Source: Dissulfurispiraceae bacterium
GTDB taxonomy: Bacteria; Nitrospirota; Thermodesulfovibrionia; Thermodesulfovibrionales; Dissulfurispiraceae
Direction of reading: 5' to 3'
Length of the DNA: 64,000 bases
NCBI GenBank assembly: GCA_036781645.1
Contig: DAIQAO010000003.1
Coordinates: 2,865-66,864 of the forward strand
In this document: positions 1 through 10,006 of the stretch, piece after piece
Position numbering within the stretch: the stretch's first letter is position 1
Layout of the letters: every line of letters begins with the position of its first letter
The notes under the pieces: generated by a model
Told to the model about the DNA's origin: nothing
The model's input: the letters and a program-made list of their open reading frames with translations, nothing else
Databases searched by the model: none
Made by a program: the position numbers and the translations under genes

Positions 1-1
1 C

Positions 2-247
2 GCAAGGTATTACAATGAAGAACTCCGCTCCGTTGATAAGTGTAATTTCTGCTTCGAAACAAGACTCTCAAAAGGTTTGAAAACAACCGCCTGTGAAGAG
101 GCTTGCCCTGCAAAGGTGAGAATATTCGGAGACCTTTCAGACCCCAACAGTGAGGTTTATAAAATGGTTCATCAAATAGAAAAGACCGTATGGGTTATGC
201 GTCCTGAAAGCGGCGCTGCTCCGAATATCTTTTATACAAGAGGATAG
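2..247 (+). CDS. 4Fe-4S ferredoxin-type iron-sulfur subunit of a molybdopterin-family oxidoreductase (C-terminal part; 5' end lies outside the window)
   Basis: Own translation of frame 2: ...DKCNFCFETRLSKGLKTTACEEACPAKVRIFGDLSDPNSEVYKMV... It has a CxxC...Cx3CP cluster motif and the RIFGDLxDP tail typical of PsrB/NrfC/TtrB-type subunits. Stop TAG at 245-247. Confidence 0.7.
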   Translation, partial: ARYYNEELRSVDKCNFCFETRLSKGLKTTACEEACPAKVRIFGDLSDPNSEVYKMVHQIEKTVWVMRPESGAAPNIFYTRG

Positions 248-283
248 ATGGTGAATGGTCTATAGTGATAAAAGGAGGAATAG

Positions 284-664
284 GTGAAGGCTTTAAAGAT
301 AGCTGTGACAATAATCGTTGTTCTAACAGGACTGTACTTTTTTGGCAATGCGGTTTTTGCCCAACAACCGGTGGATGAAGGCCTTATTATATATACAAAA
401 CCAGTTAAATCCGTAATCTTCAACCATAAAGCCCACTCTGAGGACTATGGTATAAGCTGTAATATCTGTCATGACAAGTTATTCCAGATGGAGGCTTTAA
501 GCGTTGAGAAGAAAGCCGATTTCAATCATAAAGCCTTCAGCAAGGGCAAATATTGTGGAGCCTGCCATGACGGCAAAAAAGGCTTTGCAATGGATAAGCA
601 ATGCACAAAATGCCACATCGGCGTGAAAGGCTATAATAAACTTCAAAAACAAAATAAGAAATAA
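284..664 (+). CDS. periplasmic triheme c-type cytochrome (cytochrome c3/c7 family)
   Basis: N-terminal signal-like helix. Three CxxCH motifs (CNICH, CGACH, CTKCH). FNHKAH repeats typical of class III cytochromes. GGAGG Shine-Dalgarno (SD) upstream of a GTG start. Confidence 0.8.
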   Translation: MKALKIAVTIIVVLTGLYFFGNAVFAQQPVDEGLIIYTKPVKSVIFNHKAHSEDYGISCNICHDKLFQMEALSVEKKADFNHKAFSKGKYCGACHDGKKGFAMDKQCTKCHIGVKGYNKLQKQNKK

Positions 665-668
665 AGAC

Positions 669-713
669 GGGGAAAAGGCTGGTTAGCTGAATCAGTCTTT
701 CCCCAGCTTTTTT
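669..713. terminator. imperfect GC-ended hairpin followed by T6, between convergent genes
   Basis: GGGGAAAAG...CTTTCCCC arms (669-704) then TTTTTT (708-713). It lies between the stop of the cytochrome gene (+) and the stop of the 752..1108 gene (-). Confidence 0.5.
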
Positions 714-751
714 GCAAATATAGTTGGCTGTCACCAAAGAATAGAGAACTG

Positions 752-1108
752 TCACTTCTTCCTTGTCATAAATTCAAAAAAACCTGAAACCAAGCTCGTA
801 AAAATACCGCCAAGCAAAGAGCTTATCAAAACCATTATACCTATTGCTATAAAAACACAGATTATTACGATAAAGTCACTGCTCTTAAAACCACCTCCAA
901 AGAGCAGATTAAGGTCGTTTGCAACAGCATCCGCCCATCCGCCATCTCCTGAGCCGATAGTTCCTCCCATTATTAAATCCATGCCTAAAGCAATTGCCAG
1001 CCCCAAAATCCCGCCGCCTATCGCTCCATATTTGAATGCTTTTTTCAAATAATATCCCCAAAAGACAGTGAATAGTAGTTGGTAGTTAGTAAAATTTTTT
1101 GATACCAT
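752..1108 (-). CDS. small glycine-rich integral membrane protein, unknown function
   Basis: 118-aa ORF with 3 hydrophobic segments and GGG/GxxxG-rich stretches. It lies 20 nt downstream of the response regulator on the same strand. Confidence 0.5.
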   Translation of the reverse strand: MVSKNFTNYQLLFTVFWGYYLKKAFKYGAIGGGILGLAIALGMDLIMGGTIGSGDGGWADAVANDLNLLFGGGFKSSDFIVIICVFIAIGIMVLISSLLGGIFTSLVSGFFEFMTRKK

Positions 1109-1128
1109 CGACTATCCACGGTCTTTTT

Positions 1129-2484
1129 TCAATCTTCTATCTTATATTTCTTGAATTTTCTGTAAAGCGTGGCGAGGTCAATGCCAAGTGTTGCCGCCGT
1201 TTCTTCTTTGTTTTTATTGTTCGCAAGATATGTATTGAGGAGAACCTTTCTCTCGTAATCGCTCAGGTGGGTCTTGAGAGTGGAAAGTTCTTTATGTTCC
1301 TCCTCCAACTTTAATTTATCAGGCAAATTATCCACTGTTATCATATCACCGTCAGCAAGGATTACAGCCCTTTCTATCACATTTTTAAGCTCTCTTATAT
1401 TCCCGGGCCAGGAATATTCTATCATCAGATTAAGGGCTTCATTTTCTATGCCTTTAATAATTTTATTCTGCTTATCTGATAATGTCCTGACAAAATGCCT
1501 TGCGAGCAAATCAATGTCTTCCTTACGCTCCCTCAAGGGCGGTATTCTTATTTCTATGACATTAAGCCTCCAGTATAAATCTTCTCTAAATTTACCCTCT
1601 TTTACCCTGCTGTTTATATCTGTATTTGTAGCAGACACTATCCTGATATCGACAATATTAGGTTTGGTATCCCCAAGGGCATATACCTCGCCTGTCTCGA
1701 TAACCTTCAGAAGTTTTGCCTGAAGATTGAAAGGCATATCGCCTATCTCGTCTAAAAAAAATGTTCCTTGATGAGCAAGGGTTAGAAGTCCGGGTTTATC
1801 GGCAACTGCCCCAGTAAAAGCGCCCTTTTTATAACCGAAGAGTTCGGATTCGAGGAGTCCTTCTGGTATGGCAGAACAATTAATACTGATAAAGGGGTTG
1901 TTGTGACGAGGACTGTTGTGATGAATTAATTCAGCTACGAGTCCTTTACCAGTTCCGCTTTCGCCTAAAATTAGTATATTGCTTGTAGTAGGTATCACCT
2001 TTTTAAGAGTTGCCAAAATCTCTTGCATAGCAGCGGAATTTCCTATAAACTCACCAAAAGAAACGGCTTGCTGGCTAACCTGCTGCCTTAAAGCAATATT
2101 TTCTCTCTGGAGTTTTTTCTGCTCTATGTTTTTCCGCACAGTCAAAAGAATTTCTTCGTTATAGAAAGGCTTGATGATATAATCACCTGCCCCCTTTTTC
2201 ATGGCATCAACCGCTGACTCAATGGATCCGTATGCAGTCATGATTATTACGGGGGTATCAGGGGTTATTTCTTTTGCTCTTTCAAGAACCTCCATACCGT
2301 CAACTCTTCCCATTTTAAGGTCTGTTAAAATGACATCAAAGGCTTCTTTCTTAATCATCTCTAAAGCTTTTTCGCCGCTGTTTGCTGTCTTGACGTCATA
2401 ATCCTGCCTTCGGAGAATAAACTCCAAAGCATTGCAAATATCTTTCTCATCATCAACAACTAATATCTTCGGTTTCGAATACAT
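1129..2484 (-). CDS. sigma-54-dependent two-component response regulator (NtrC/AtoC family)
   Basis: Receiver domain (ILVVDDE...DLKM). AAA+ sigma-54 activator core (GESGTGKG, GAFTGA, ELFGY). C-terminal Fis-type HTH. Confidence 0.92.
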   Translation of the reverse strand: MYSKPKILVVDDEKDICNALEFILRRQDYDVKTANSGEKALEMIKKEAFDVILTDLKMGRVDGMEVLERAKEITPDTPVIIMTAYGSIESAVDAMKKGAGDYIIKPFYNEEILLTVRKNIEQKKLQRENIALRQQVSQQAVSFGEFIGNSAAMQEILATLKKVIPTTSNILILGESGTGKGLVAELIHHNSPRHNNPFISINCSAIPEGLLESELFGYKKGAFTGAVADKPGLLTLAHQGTFFLDEIGDMPFNLQAKLLKVIETGEVYALGDTKPNIVDIRIVSATNTDINSRVKEGKFREDLYWRLNVIEIRIPPLRERKEDIDLLARHFVRTLSDKQNKIIKGIENEALNLMIEYSWPGNIRELKNVIERAVILADGDMITVDNLPDKLKLEEEHKELSTLKTHLSDYERKVLLNTYLANNKNKEETAATLGIDLATLYRKFKKYKIED

Positions 2485-4518
2485 TTATGTCTTGTTCCCC
2501 CCGTCTTTAAGTGGCAGGGTTATCTTAAATAAACTGCCCTTGCCGGGTTCGCTCTCGACTGTTAATGTTCCGTTCATCTTCTTGATGATATTATAACTGA
2601 CTGCCAGACCAAGACCTGTTCCTTTCGCCTTTGTCGTAAAGAAAGGATCGAATATCATATTAATGCAATCCTTCGGTATTCCTACTCCGGTGTCTTCGAA
2701 CTCCACTACTATATTGTCAGCCTCCATATAACTTCTAATCGTCAGTGTTCCGCCATCGGGCATTGCATCTATGGCATTTAATGTAAGATTAACAAAAACC
2801 TGTGACAGCTGATTATAATCCACAAGAATTTCGGGCAAAGAATCTGAGAGCTCACTTTTAAATACGATATTTTTAGCTTTTTTATCGTATTGTATCAATT
2901 TAGTAGAATATTCTATTATCTCATTTATTTGGCAAGGTTTTAATTCGCCTGTCTGCATCTTCGAAAATCCGGATAGTTGTTTCAATATCTCTGATATTCT
3001 CCGAATATGAAAATATATTGTTTCAAGGCTTTCCTGTTTGAATTTATCGGCCTCCATCTCCCGCAATATCTGGACAAAAGAGAAGACAGAGGTCAACGGA
3101 TTGCCTATTTCGTGGGCTATGCCTGCCGCAAGCCTGCCGATAGACGCAAGTTTTTCAGAGTTTATTATCTGATCCTCCAGCTTTTTAATCTCGGTAACAT
3201 CCTGAATCAGTCTTATATATCTGTATATCTGACCGCTTTCATCCCTCACAGGTGCCGTTATCATCTGAAGAAATCTCTTTTCGTTGTCTATAGACATTAT
3301 AGTCGTCTCAATGCTATCCTTTGCATATGTGCTCGATATATCGCAATCATGCCATAATTCCTCGCAATATTTACCAACCACCTCCATATTGAACATTTCT
3401 TTTATCTTGTCATTAGCCCATAATATTTTGCCCCTCTGATTAATAAGTATTATCCCTCCGCCTATTGCATTGAGAATCGTCGTTAACTTCTCCCTTTCTC
3501 TGATAAGCGCTGCTGTCTTGAGGTTTACGGCTTCTTCAAGCTCGGCGGCGTATTTTCGCATGCTTTCCTGCCTTATCTCGAGTTCTTTAGCCAAAATCCT
3601 TTTTTTATTTGATAGAAACAAGGCGCCAGCAACAAATATTGTAGCCAGCAGGATAGATAAAATAAGATATGAATAAATCCCCATGCTTTTTTCAGTAATA
3701 TGGACAATATCGGAATAATTTGCAGAGAGGAAAACCCGCCAGGAAATCTCATCCATCCCCACCTTGGAAAATGCTATCACCTTATCAATGCCTGAAGGAC
3801 CTATGACCCTGCCTTTTAAATTTTCCATGTCTTCAACAGCTATCTTCTCATAATCAAAGCTCTTATGACACTGAAGACATGTATTGTCGGCGGCATAAAT
3901 ATTCCTGCCAGCCATTTCGGGATGAGTCGGGTGATAAAGGAGAGTTCCTTTGTCAGTAAGAACCCATGCATTGCCCTTTCTCAAAGCCTGAAGGCGGTTG
4001 AGAAAATGTTTTGCCAAATCCGATGAACTTACAGCTAAGACAATTGCCTTATCAGAGCCGTCTATTGCCGAGAGGAAAAAAATTGTTCCCTCAGTTTCTA
4101 CAAGAACAGGATTGCCGGGGGGATTTGATTTCATCTTGCTCAGCAAATGCTTTGTTGTATTTCTGAGTGAATCCATATCTCCGTCATAAAAAAATACATC
4201 GCCGCCCATACTGATTATACCCAAGTTTGTCTTTATATCTGGTTTGATTACGGGAGACCTTGATTTAAGCCACTCGATATCTCCTTGGCCTTTGATTTTC
4301 ATCTTTGAGGCGATGTGCGAAATAAATGCTGTCTGTTCTTTCATATCCATAAGGTATTCCCTTAGGCTTGATGATACCGTCTCTGTGAGTATCAGTTGCT
4401 GAACATTAAAATCCTCTGCTATATCAGTCTGGAGGGAATGCTGAAAAAATATATTCAGGCTGATAAGAACAGTAGTAATCAGCAAAAGAGGTGTGATTAA
4501 GGCGAGATATCCTTTCAT
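2485..4518 (-). CDS. sensor histidine kinase with a periplasmic sensor domain (contains CxxCH), a PAS domain and HisKA/HATPase
   Basis: Two TM helices (aa ~5-25 and 281-302) flank a ~255-aa periplasmic domain carrying CLQCH. H-box is AHEIGNPL. C-terminal GxGxG ATPase motifs. Its stop abuts the regulator start. Confidence 0.9.
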   Translation of the reverse strand: MKGYLALITPLLLITTVLISLNIFFQHSLQTDIAEDFNVQQLILTETVSSSLREYLMDMKEQTAFISHIASKMKIKGQGDIEWLKSRSPVIKPDIKTNLGIISMGGDVFFYDGDMDSLRNTTKHLLSKMKSNPPGNPVLVETEGTIFFLSAIDGSDKAIVLAVSSSDLAKHFLNRLQALRKGNAWVLTDKGTLLYHPTHPEMAGRNIYAADNTCLQCHKSFDYEKIAVEDMENLKGRVIGPSGIDKVIAFSKVGMDEISWRVFLSANYSDIVHITEKSMGIYSYLILSILLATIFVAGALFLSNKKRILAKELEIRQESMRKYAAELEEAVNLKTAALIREREKLTTILNAIGGGIILINQRGKILWANDKIKEMFNMEVVGKYCEELWHDCDISSTYAKDSIETTIMSIDNEKRFLQMITAPVRDESGQIYRYIRLIQDVTEIKKLEDQIINSEKLASIGRLAAGIAHEIGNPLTSVFSFVQILREMEADKFKQESLETIYFHIRRISEILKQLSGFSKMQTGELKPCQINEIIEYSTKLIQYDKKAKNIVFKSELSDSLPEILVDYNQLSQVFVNLTLNAIDAMPDGGTLTIRSYMEADNIVVEFEDTGVGIPKDCINMIFDPFFTTKAKGTGLGLAVSYNIIKKMNGTLTVESEPGKGSLFKITLPLKDGGNKT

Positions 4519-4614
4519 GTAAATATTTTAACATTTAATTTGGCTTACATGGAAAAATAGCGAGAAGTGTGTTTTTACATGCAAAGTGATTTGCTTTATA
4601 TCGATTAGTGAGAG

Positions 4615-5826
4615 CTAAAGTTTAATCTTTTGAGTTTTAAGGGCATGGGCAAGGATTAAACCACAGATGAAGGCTACTGCGAGATTGGACGCAAGGGTGA
4701 TTCCGAGCATAGTGACGGCGACGAAAATCTCTTTTTTATCCTTTAAGTCCTGTATCATTATCGCAAGCTGAGAACCGGCAAAAAAAAGTAAAACCCCTAA
4801 GACAGCCCCGGGTAAAAGCCCGAACAATGCCATTGCGCTTTTACCGAAGAAAACTCCCAAAACCACAAAAATAGTTCCTATCATCAAGTTAGCCCCACCT
4901 GTTCTCGCACCAAAGAAATAGTGGGCAGCAGCGCCTCCAGCCCCGTGACACATGGGGATTCCACCAAAGAAAAAGGCAAGAATGTTCGCAATTCCTTGAC
5001 TGTTTGAAATAGAGCGGTAGGACATTTTTTCTGCCCTATTACCGAAAAGCTGTCTTGTCGTATCTACCTGAGCTATGCAGGCATTACCAATAGTCATGGG
5101 TATCTGGGGCAGGACAACAATCGGGACAATCAATAACAAGTCGCTCCATGATGGTATTCCGTATGGCATAAAGGATGGCAAATAAAATCCCACTTGAATA
5201 TCATCCGCTTTGAGAGGCTTGCCCATGAAAAGTCCGGCAAGAATGCCGCCGAAAACTACGATGACAGCGGCAGGTATTTTTCGGTTGTCGAGAAGGATAA
5301 AGGTGATTACAATCCCTATAATCCCGATTATAATGCCTACATTAATAGAGGCAACGGACTGAACGACAAGATTTGGATCAGGCTGAATAATGAATTGAAC
5401 ACCCTTTATCATTAATAATATCCCCCCTGCAAGTTGCACACCCCGAACAGTGCTTGTTGGAGTGTATCTCCCTATAAGATGAATCAAGCCGGTTATGCCC
5501 AGCAGCAATGTAAAAATACCCATCCACAGACTGGCAGAAGTTATCTGTAGCGGGGTGAGTCCCATTGCTATAGCGTAAGCAGAAATTATCTTCATGGGCT
5601 GAACAGGGCAGGTAACCTTAAAATACAAACCCGAAATCAAATAGAAAACGCCTATCGGTATTAGAACATTGACGGCATTCATACCGTTTATTATTATTAG
5701 GGCTATAACCAATGGAAGCATGGTGCCCAAATCGCCTAATGCGCCGGCGAATTCGAACCTATTAAAAACAAAAGCGGGGAGAGTGGGCTTGCTTTGTTCA
5801 GTATTTAATGTAGGCTGCTCTTTCAT
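4615..5826 (-). CDS. putative sulfate/molybdate-type anion transporter (MOT1/SulP-like)
   Basis: 403-aa polytopic membrane ORF. The N-terminal FEFAGALGDLGTMLP motif resembles the MOT1-type molybdate/sulfate transporter family. Confidence 0.55.
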   Translation of the reverse strand: MKEQPTLNTEQSKPTLPAFVFNRFEFAGALGDLGTMLPLVIALIIINGMNAVNVLIPIGVFYLISGLYFKVTCPVQPMKIISAYAIAMGLTPLQITSASLWMGIFTLLLGITGLIHLIGRYTPTSTVRGVQLAGGILLMIKGVQFIIQPDPNLVVQSVASINVGIIIGIIGIVITFILLDNRKIPAAVIVVFGGILAGLFMGKPLKADDIQVGFYLPSFMPYGIPSWSDLLLIVPIVVLPQIPMTIGNACIAQVDTTRQLFGNRAEKMSYRSISNSQGIANILAFFFGGIPMCHGAGGAAAHYFFGARTGGANLMIGTIFVVLGVFFGKSAMALFGLLPGAVLGVLLFFAGSQLAIMIQDLKDKKEIFVAVTMLGITLASNLAVAFICGLILAHALKTQKIKL

Positions 5827-5897
5827 ACAGTTAAATTATACCTTCTACAAACGATTTCTCGATAACCCGTTTTTTAATAGGGCGATTTAACAACTTT

Positions 5898-7136
5898 TTA
5901 CAAGAGATGATACAAAATTAGTGCGGCTGTTAATACAATCAAACAACCCGGGATTATTTTTTTATAAATCTCCCACATATCTGCCTTAAAATACTCTCTC
6001 GTAAGAACAAGACAGAGATGAACGGGCGAGAGCAATACCCCTATGAAACCTGCTGCAAAGGCAAGGGTCATCTCGTTCAGGAAGGCTCCACCGCTTATGC
6101 TTATAAGCAAAGGAAAGGTGCTGCTTACAAAGGCTATAGTTATCCCCGTCAGTAAGCCTGTTATAAATGGCAATATCAGCAAAATTGGCAAAAGGGGCAT
6201 TCCCGAGTCAGAAAAATATCTACTCAACTGCCCAACCGCCCCCGAGTTTTCCATCGTCATTTTAAATAACATTGTGCCAATTATGAGAACAACAACTTCG
6301 ATGGCAAAGCCATATTTTAAAAACCTTAAAATATCAGCACCCTTAAACTTGTAAAATACGAGCAAAGATAAAATAGTCAAAGCCAACGCATAGTGGAGTT
6401 CAATATCAAGAGCTATCACAAGAAATAAAATCAAAATCAAAGGGAAAAAGCTCCAATAGGGATGGCTCCGTTTTAGTTCCGACGATTCGGTATATCTCTC
6501 ACTCTTTTCGTTTTTAAAAAAAACCTCCCTATCCACTTTAAATTCTCCAGATATAGACCTCATGCTAAAGATAAAGCCTGTTGCAAAGATCAAAATTGTG
6601 TATATCAGATTTGCCAATATGAAAGACCTGAGTTCTATATGGCTTATGGCGGCGGCAAGCAGGATGCCTGGATAAAGAGGCAGGATGCACTCCCACGGAT
6701 GCCTGAACCAATAGTTTATAAAGCCTTTCTCTTCCTGAGACATTTTAAGCCCCTTAGTGGATTCGTCAACCATGGGGGCTGAAAAATAAGCCCCACCCAA
6801 AGAAGGCAGAAGCCCTATTAGCGCCGGCATAGAAATTATCACAAACTTTTTCTTTTTAAGCAGGATACGAGCAGACGAAGTCATCAGTGCAAGAACTTGC
6901 TTTTCTCTCAGAATAATCTCGAGAACCCTTATCAATGTTAGTGCAAAGAAGAGTTTGATTGTGACTGCATCTGTCACAGTTAGCTTGATTGTTGAAATAA
7001 TAGCGTCCAGCGGCATTAGATACAAGAGCGCCAAAAGTCCTGAAGCGGTCATCAATACATAACCTATATTCCACTTGAGCCGGATTAAAACAAGAATGGC
7101 TATTAAAACAGCTGAAATCTTAATCACATCGAACAT
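5898..7136 (-). CDS. polytopic membrane protein, putative permease (DUF401-like)
   Basis: 412-aa ORF with more than 10 hydrophobic segments. The GGAYFSAPMV motif is reminiscent of DUF401. Family assignment is tentative. Confidence 0.45.
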   Translation of the reverse strand: MFDVIKISAVLIAILVLIRLKWNIGYVLMTASGLLALLYLMPLDAIISTIKLTVTDAVTIKLFFALTLIRVLEIILREKQVLALMTSSARILLKKKKFVIISMPALIGLLPSLGGAYFSAPMVDESTKGLKMSQEEKGFINYWFRHPWECILPLYPGILLAAAISHIELRSFILANLIYTILIFATGFIFSMRSISGEFKVDREVFFKNEKSERYTESSELKRSHPYWSFFPLILILFLVIALDIELHYALALTILSLLVFYKFKGADILRFLKYGFAIEVVVLIIGTMLFKMTMENSGAVGQLSRYFSDSGMPLLPILLILPFITGLLTGITIAFVSSTFPLLISISGGAFLNEMTLAFAAGFIGVLLSPVHLCLVLTREYFKADMWEIYKKIIPGCLIVLTAALILYHLL

Positions 7137-7189
7137 TTAAAAATTATAACATGCTTAGACTTTTCTAAAAAAAGAGAATTAGTGCCCAA

Positions 7190-7219
7190 TTGACAGACAA
7201 TAATCCTTATATCTATACT
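7190..7219 (+). promoter_or_regulatory. sigma-70-like promoter TTGACA-N18-TATACT immediately before the ATG at 7226
   Basis: TTGACA at 7190-7195 and TATACT at 7214-7219. No SD lies between the -10 box and the start codon. Confidence 0.35.
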
Positions 7220-7225
7220 TAAACA

Positions 7226-7642
7226 ATGAAGAAAATAGCGGTCATAGACGGGCAAGGCGGTGGAATAGGCAGCCTTATAATCAAGAGATTAAAAGAGGAA
7301 TTCGGTGAATCTTTTGAAATAACAGCACTGGGGACAAACTCCACAGCAACCACCTCTATGATGAAGGCAAGGGCAAACAAAGGCGCTACGGGAGAAAACG
7401 CAATTATTCTGAATGTCAAAAAAGCCGATATAATAGCAGGACCTCTAAGTATAATCCTCTCAAACGGCTTTCTTGGTGAACTTACACCTTCAATAGCTGA
7501 AGCCGTTTCTTCTTCGCCTGCAAAAAAATTCCTTCTACCCCTCAATCAAGAAGGGGTTGAGATTATGGGTGTCTTAAAAGAACCTCTGCCTCATCTGATA
7601 GATCATTTAATTGATAAAATAAAGGAGGTAAAAGATGTGTGA
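7226..7642 (+). CDS. DUF3842-family protein
   Basis: The N-terminus MKKIAVIDGQGGGIGSLIIKRLKE is characteristic of DUF3842. It overlaps the next gene by 8 nt. Confidence 0.6.
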   Translation: MKKIAVIDGQGGGIGSLIIKRLKEEFGESFEITALGTNSTATTSMMKARANKGATGENAIILNVKKADIIAGPLSIILSNGFLGELTPSIAEAVSSSPAKKFLLPLNQEGVEIMGVLKEPLPHLIDHLIDKIKEVKDV

Positions 7643-7826
7643 AGCTAATGTTTATGTAATCAGAAATGGGCAGGAAGAATTGTATCTTGAAAATGTTGAT
7701 ATCCTCTTGCCGGAAGGAGATAAAATCTTTCTAAGAAACCTCTTTGGAGAGCAGAAAACCTTTGACGGCATTGTCAAGGAAATCTCTTTGCTTAAGCACA
7801 AGATCCTGCTCGAGGAAAAGAAGTGA
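7635..7826 (+). CDS. CooT-family small (nickel-binding) protein
   Basis: 63 aa starting MCEANVYV, which is the CooT-type N-terminal Cys2 signature. Translationally coupled to the DUF3842 gene. Confidence 0.6.
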   Translation: MCEANVYVIRNGQEELYLENVDILLPEGDKIFLRNLFGEQKTFDGIVKEISLLKHKILLEEKK

Positions 7827-8346
7827 TTTTGTCTTTCAAATATCGTTCAACGGCGGCTGACCAGACTTCATAACCTTTGTCACTGATGTGAACACCATCA
7901 TCGAGCAGTAGCAGGCGGTCTGCCTTGTCATTGGGCTTCGTAAAAAGGGTGTAAACATCAAGGTAGTCAGCACCATAACTACTACTGATATCCTTTAGAG
8001 AACTATTTATTGTCCGAATCAGTTTGTTGTCTATCCAATAAAGGGACACGGGCAGGACGCTCTGAACTACTATCGTTGCTGTATTATAAATGCCCTTCAA
8101 TGCGCTTACAATGCCTTTATAAGAGCCAACAATATCAAAGTCCTCCATGGCTATATTATTAATCCCGGTCATGATGAATACAAAATCTATCTCTTTCACT
8201 CTGGAAACCAGGCGGGGTAGTCTCTCAAGCAATTCCTCCACTCTCTCGCCGGAAATACCCAGATTCAATACTTCGTGCTGAGGAAAACGAGCCTCCCAGT
8301 CATAAAATTCTATAAGGGAATCACCTATAAACATAAGCTTTTTCAT
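7792..8346 (-). CDS. SGNH/GDSL-family hydrolase
   Basis: Block I is FIGDSL. GINN and DGVH blocks are present. Confidence 0.8.
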   Translation of the reverse strand: MKKLMFIGDSLIEFYDWEARFPQHEVLNLGISGERVEELLERLPRLVSRVKEIDFVFIMTGINNIAMEDFDIVGSYKGIVSALKGIYNTATIVVQSVLPVSLYWIDNKLIRTINSSLKDISSSYGADYLDVYTLFTKPNDKADRLLLLDDGVHISDKGYEVWSAAVERYLKDKITSFPRAGSCA

Positions 8347-8365
8347 TATGAAGTTGACCTTCTCC

Positions 8366-10006
8366 TTATATAAATAATGAACGCTGTGCCTTCAAAGATG
8401 CCCCGATAAAAGCCGTAAATAAAGGATGGGGCTCCAGCGGTTTTGATTTGAATTCAGGGTGAAACTGACACCCCAGAAACCATGGATGGTCTTCGAGCTC
8501 GACTATTTCAACAAGCTCTCCATCAGGAGAAACCCCGCTAATGATAAATCCTTTTTGGGTGAGTATATCTCTATAAGCATTATTAAATTCATATCTATGG
8601 CGGTGTCTCTCGGTTATCTCCCTTTGACGATACGCCTCATATGCTCTGGTTGACTCCTTGAGAATACAGGGATATGACCCGAGCCTCATCGTGCCTCCCT
8701 TCTGGGAATCTTGAGTCCTCATTTCTTTTTTGCCTGTTCTATGGTTATACCAGCTTTCCATCAGATAGATTACAGGATGTTCAACTACAGGGTCAAATTC
8801 CATACTGTTGGCTTTAAGACCGCATACATTGCGGCAGAACTCTATAACTGCGCATTGCATACCAAGACATATGCCAAAAAATGGAACTTTTTTCTGTCTC
8901 GCATATTTTACGGCTTCTATTTTCCCCTCAATACCTCTGCTCCCGAATCCTCCGGGCACCAAAATGCCGTCAACATCTGCCAAAAGCCTTCCAGCACCCT
9001 TTGCCTCAATTTCCTCTGAATCAACCCATTGAAGCATTACCCGTGCATTATTCGCTATACCGCCATGGGAGAGTGCCTCCATAAGGCTTTTATAAGCATC
9101 CTTAAGACCGATGTATTTCCCTATTATAGCTATGCGGGTTTCCTTCTCGGGGTTTTTAATTTTATTGACTACATCAGACCAAACCGACAAGTCAGGTTCT
9201 TTGTTGTTGAGAGAGAGTTTGGCTTCAATAACCTTATCAAGATTTTCTGACTTATAATGAATCGGAACCTCATACACTGTCTCAACATCAACGGCTGATA
9301 TAACAGCATCGATATCGGCATTGCAGTGTATTGCGATCTTGCGTTTCATATCTTTTGGTAGGGGTATTTCAGATCTGCAGAGTAAAACATCAGGCTGGAT
9401 ACCTATCTCCCTAAGTTCTTTAACGCTATGCTGGGTTGGTTTGGTCTTGAGTTCTCCTGCAGTTTTTATGTAAGGAACAAAGGTCAGATGGACATACAAC
9501 ACATTTTCCCTGCCGACATCATATCTGAATTGCCTGATAGCCTCAAGAAACGGCAGGCTCTCGATATCCCCAACTGTGCCGCCTATTTCGACTATCAAAA
9601 CGTCCGTTGAATCTGTAACGGCAGACTTTATAGCAAGTCTTATCTCATCTGTAATATGAGGAACCACCTGAACAGTATTTCCTAGATAGTCCCCCCTGCG
9701 CTCCTTTGTTATAACATTGTTGTATATCTTGCCAGTGGTGTAATTGTTAAATACAGTAGTCTTGCAGCTCGTAAACCTTTCATAGTGCCCTAAATCCAGA
9801 TCGGTCTCACAGCCGTCGTCTGTTACATAGACCTCGCCATGTTCAAAAGGGCTCAATGTTCCGGGATCAATGTTGATATAAGGGTCGAGTTTCTGTATGG
9901 ATACCCGCAGTCCTTTTGCCTCAAGCAAAGCGCCTATGGCAGAAGCTGCTATGCCTTTGCCAAGCGCAGAAACAACTCCGCCAGTTATGAAGATATACTT
10001 AGACAT
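8366..10006 (-). CDS. pyrG: CTP synthase
   Basis: [19 protein letters not shown]-terminus. The GATase domain has GICLGMQ and HRHRYE. Confidence 0.97.
   Translation of the reverse strand: MSKYIFITGGVVSALGKGIAASAIGALLEAKGLRVSIQKLDPYINIDPGTLSPFEHGEVYVTDDGCETDLDLGHYERFTSCKTTVFNNYTTGKIYNNVITKERRGDYLGNTVQVVPHITDEIRLAIKSAVTDSTDVLIVEIGGTVGDIESLPFLEAIRQFRYDVGRENVLYVHLTFVPYIKTAGELKTKPTQHSVKELREIGIQPDVLLCRSEIPLPKDMKRKIAIHCNADIDAVISAVDVETVYEVPIHYKSENLDKVIEAKLSLNNKEPDLSVWSDVVNKIKNPEKETRIAIIGKYIGLKDAYKSLMEALSHGGIANNARVMLQWVDSEEIEAKGAGRLLADVDGILVPGGFGSRGIEGKIEAVKYARQKKVPFFGICLGMQCAVIEFCRNVCGLKANSMEFDPVVEHPVIYLMESWYNHRTGKKEMRTQDSQKGGTMRLGSYPCILKESTRAYEAYRQREITERHRHRYEFNNAYRDILTQKGFIISGVSPDGELVEIVELEDHPWFLGCQFHPEFKSKPLEPHPLFTAFIGASLKAQRSLFI

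Noticed and set aside
7792-7826. A 35-nt convergent overlap between the 3' ends of the CooT-like gene and the SGNH hydrolase gene.
   Set aside because: Both stops are unambiguous and neither protein looks extended by foreign sequence. Short convergent overlaps occur naturally. Noted but not considered significant.
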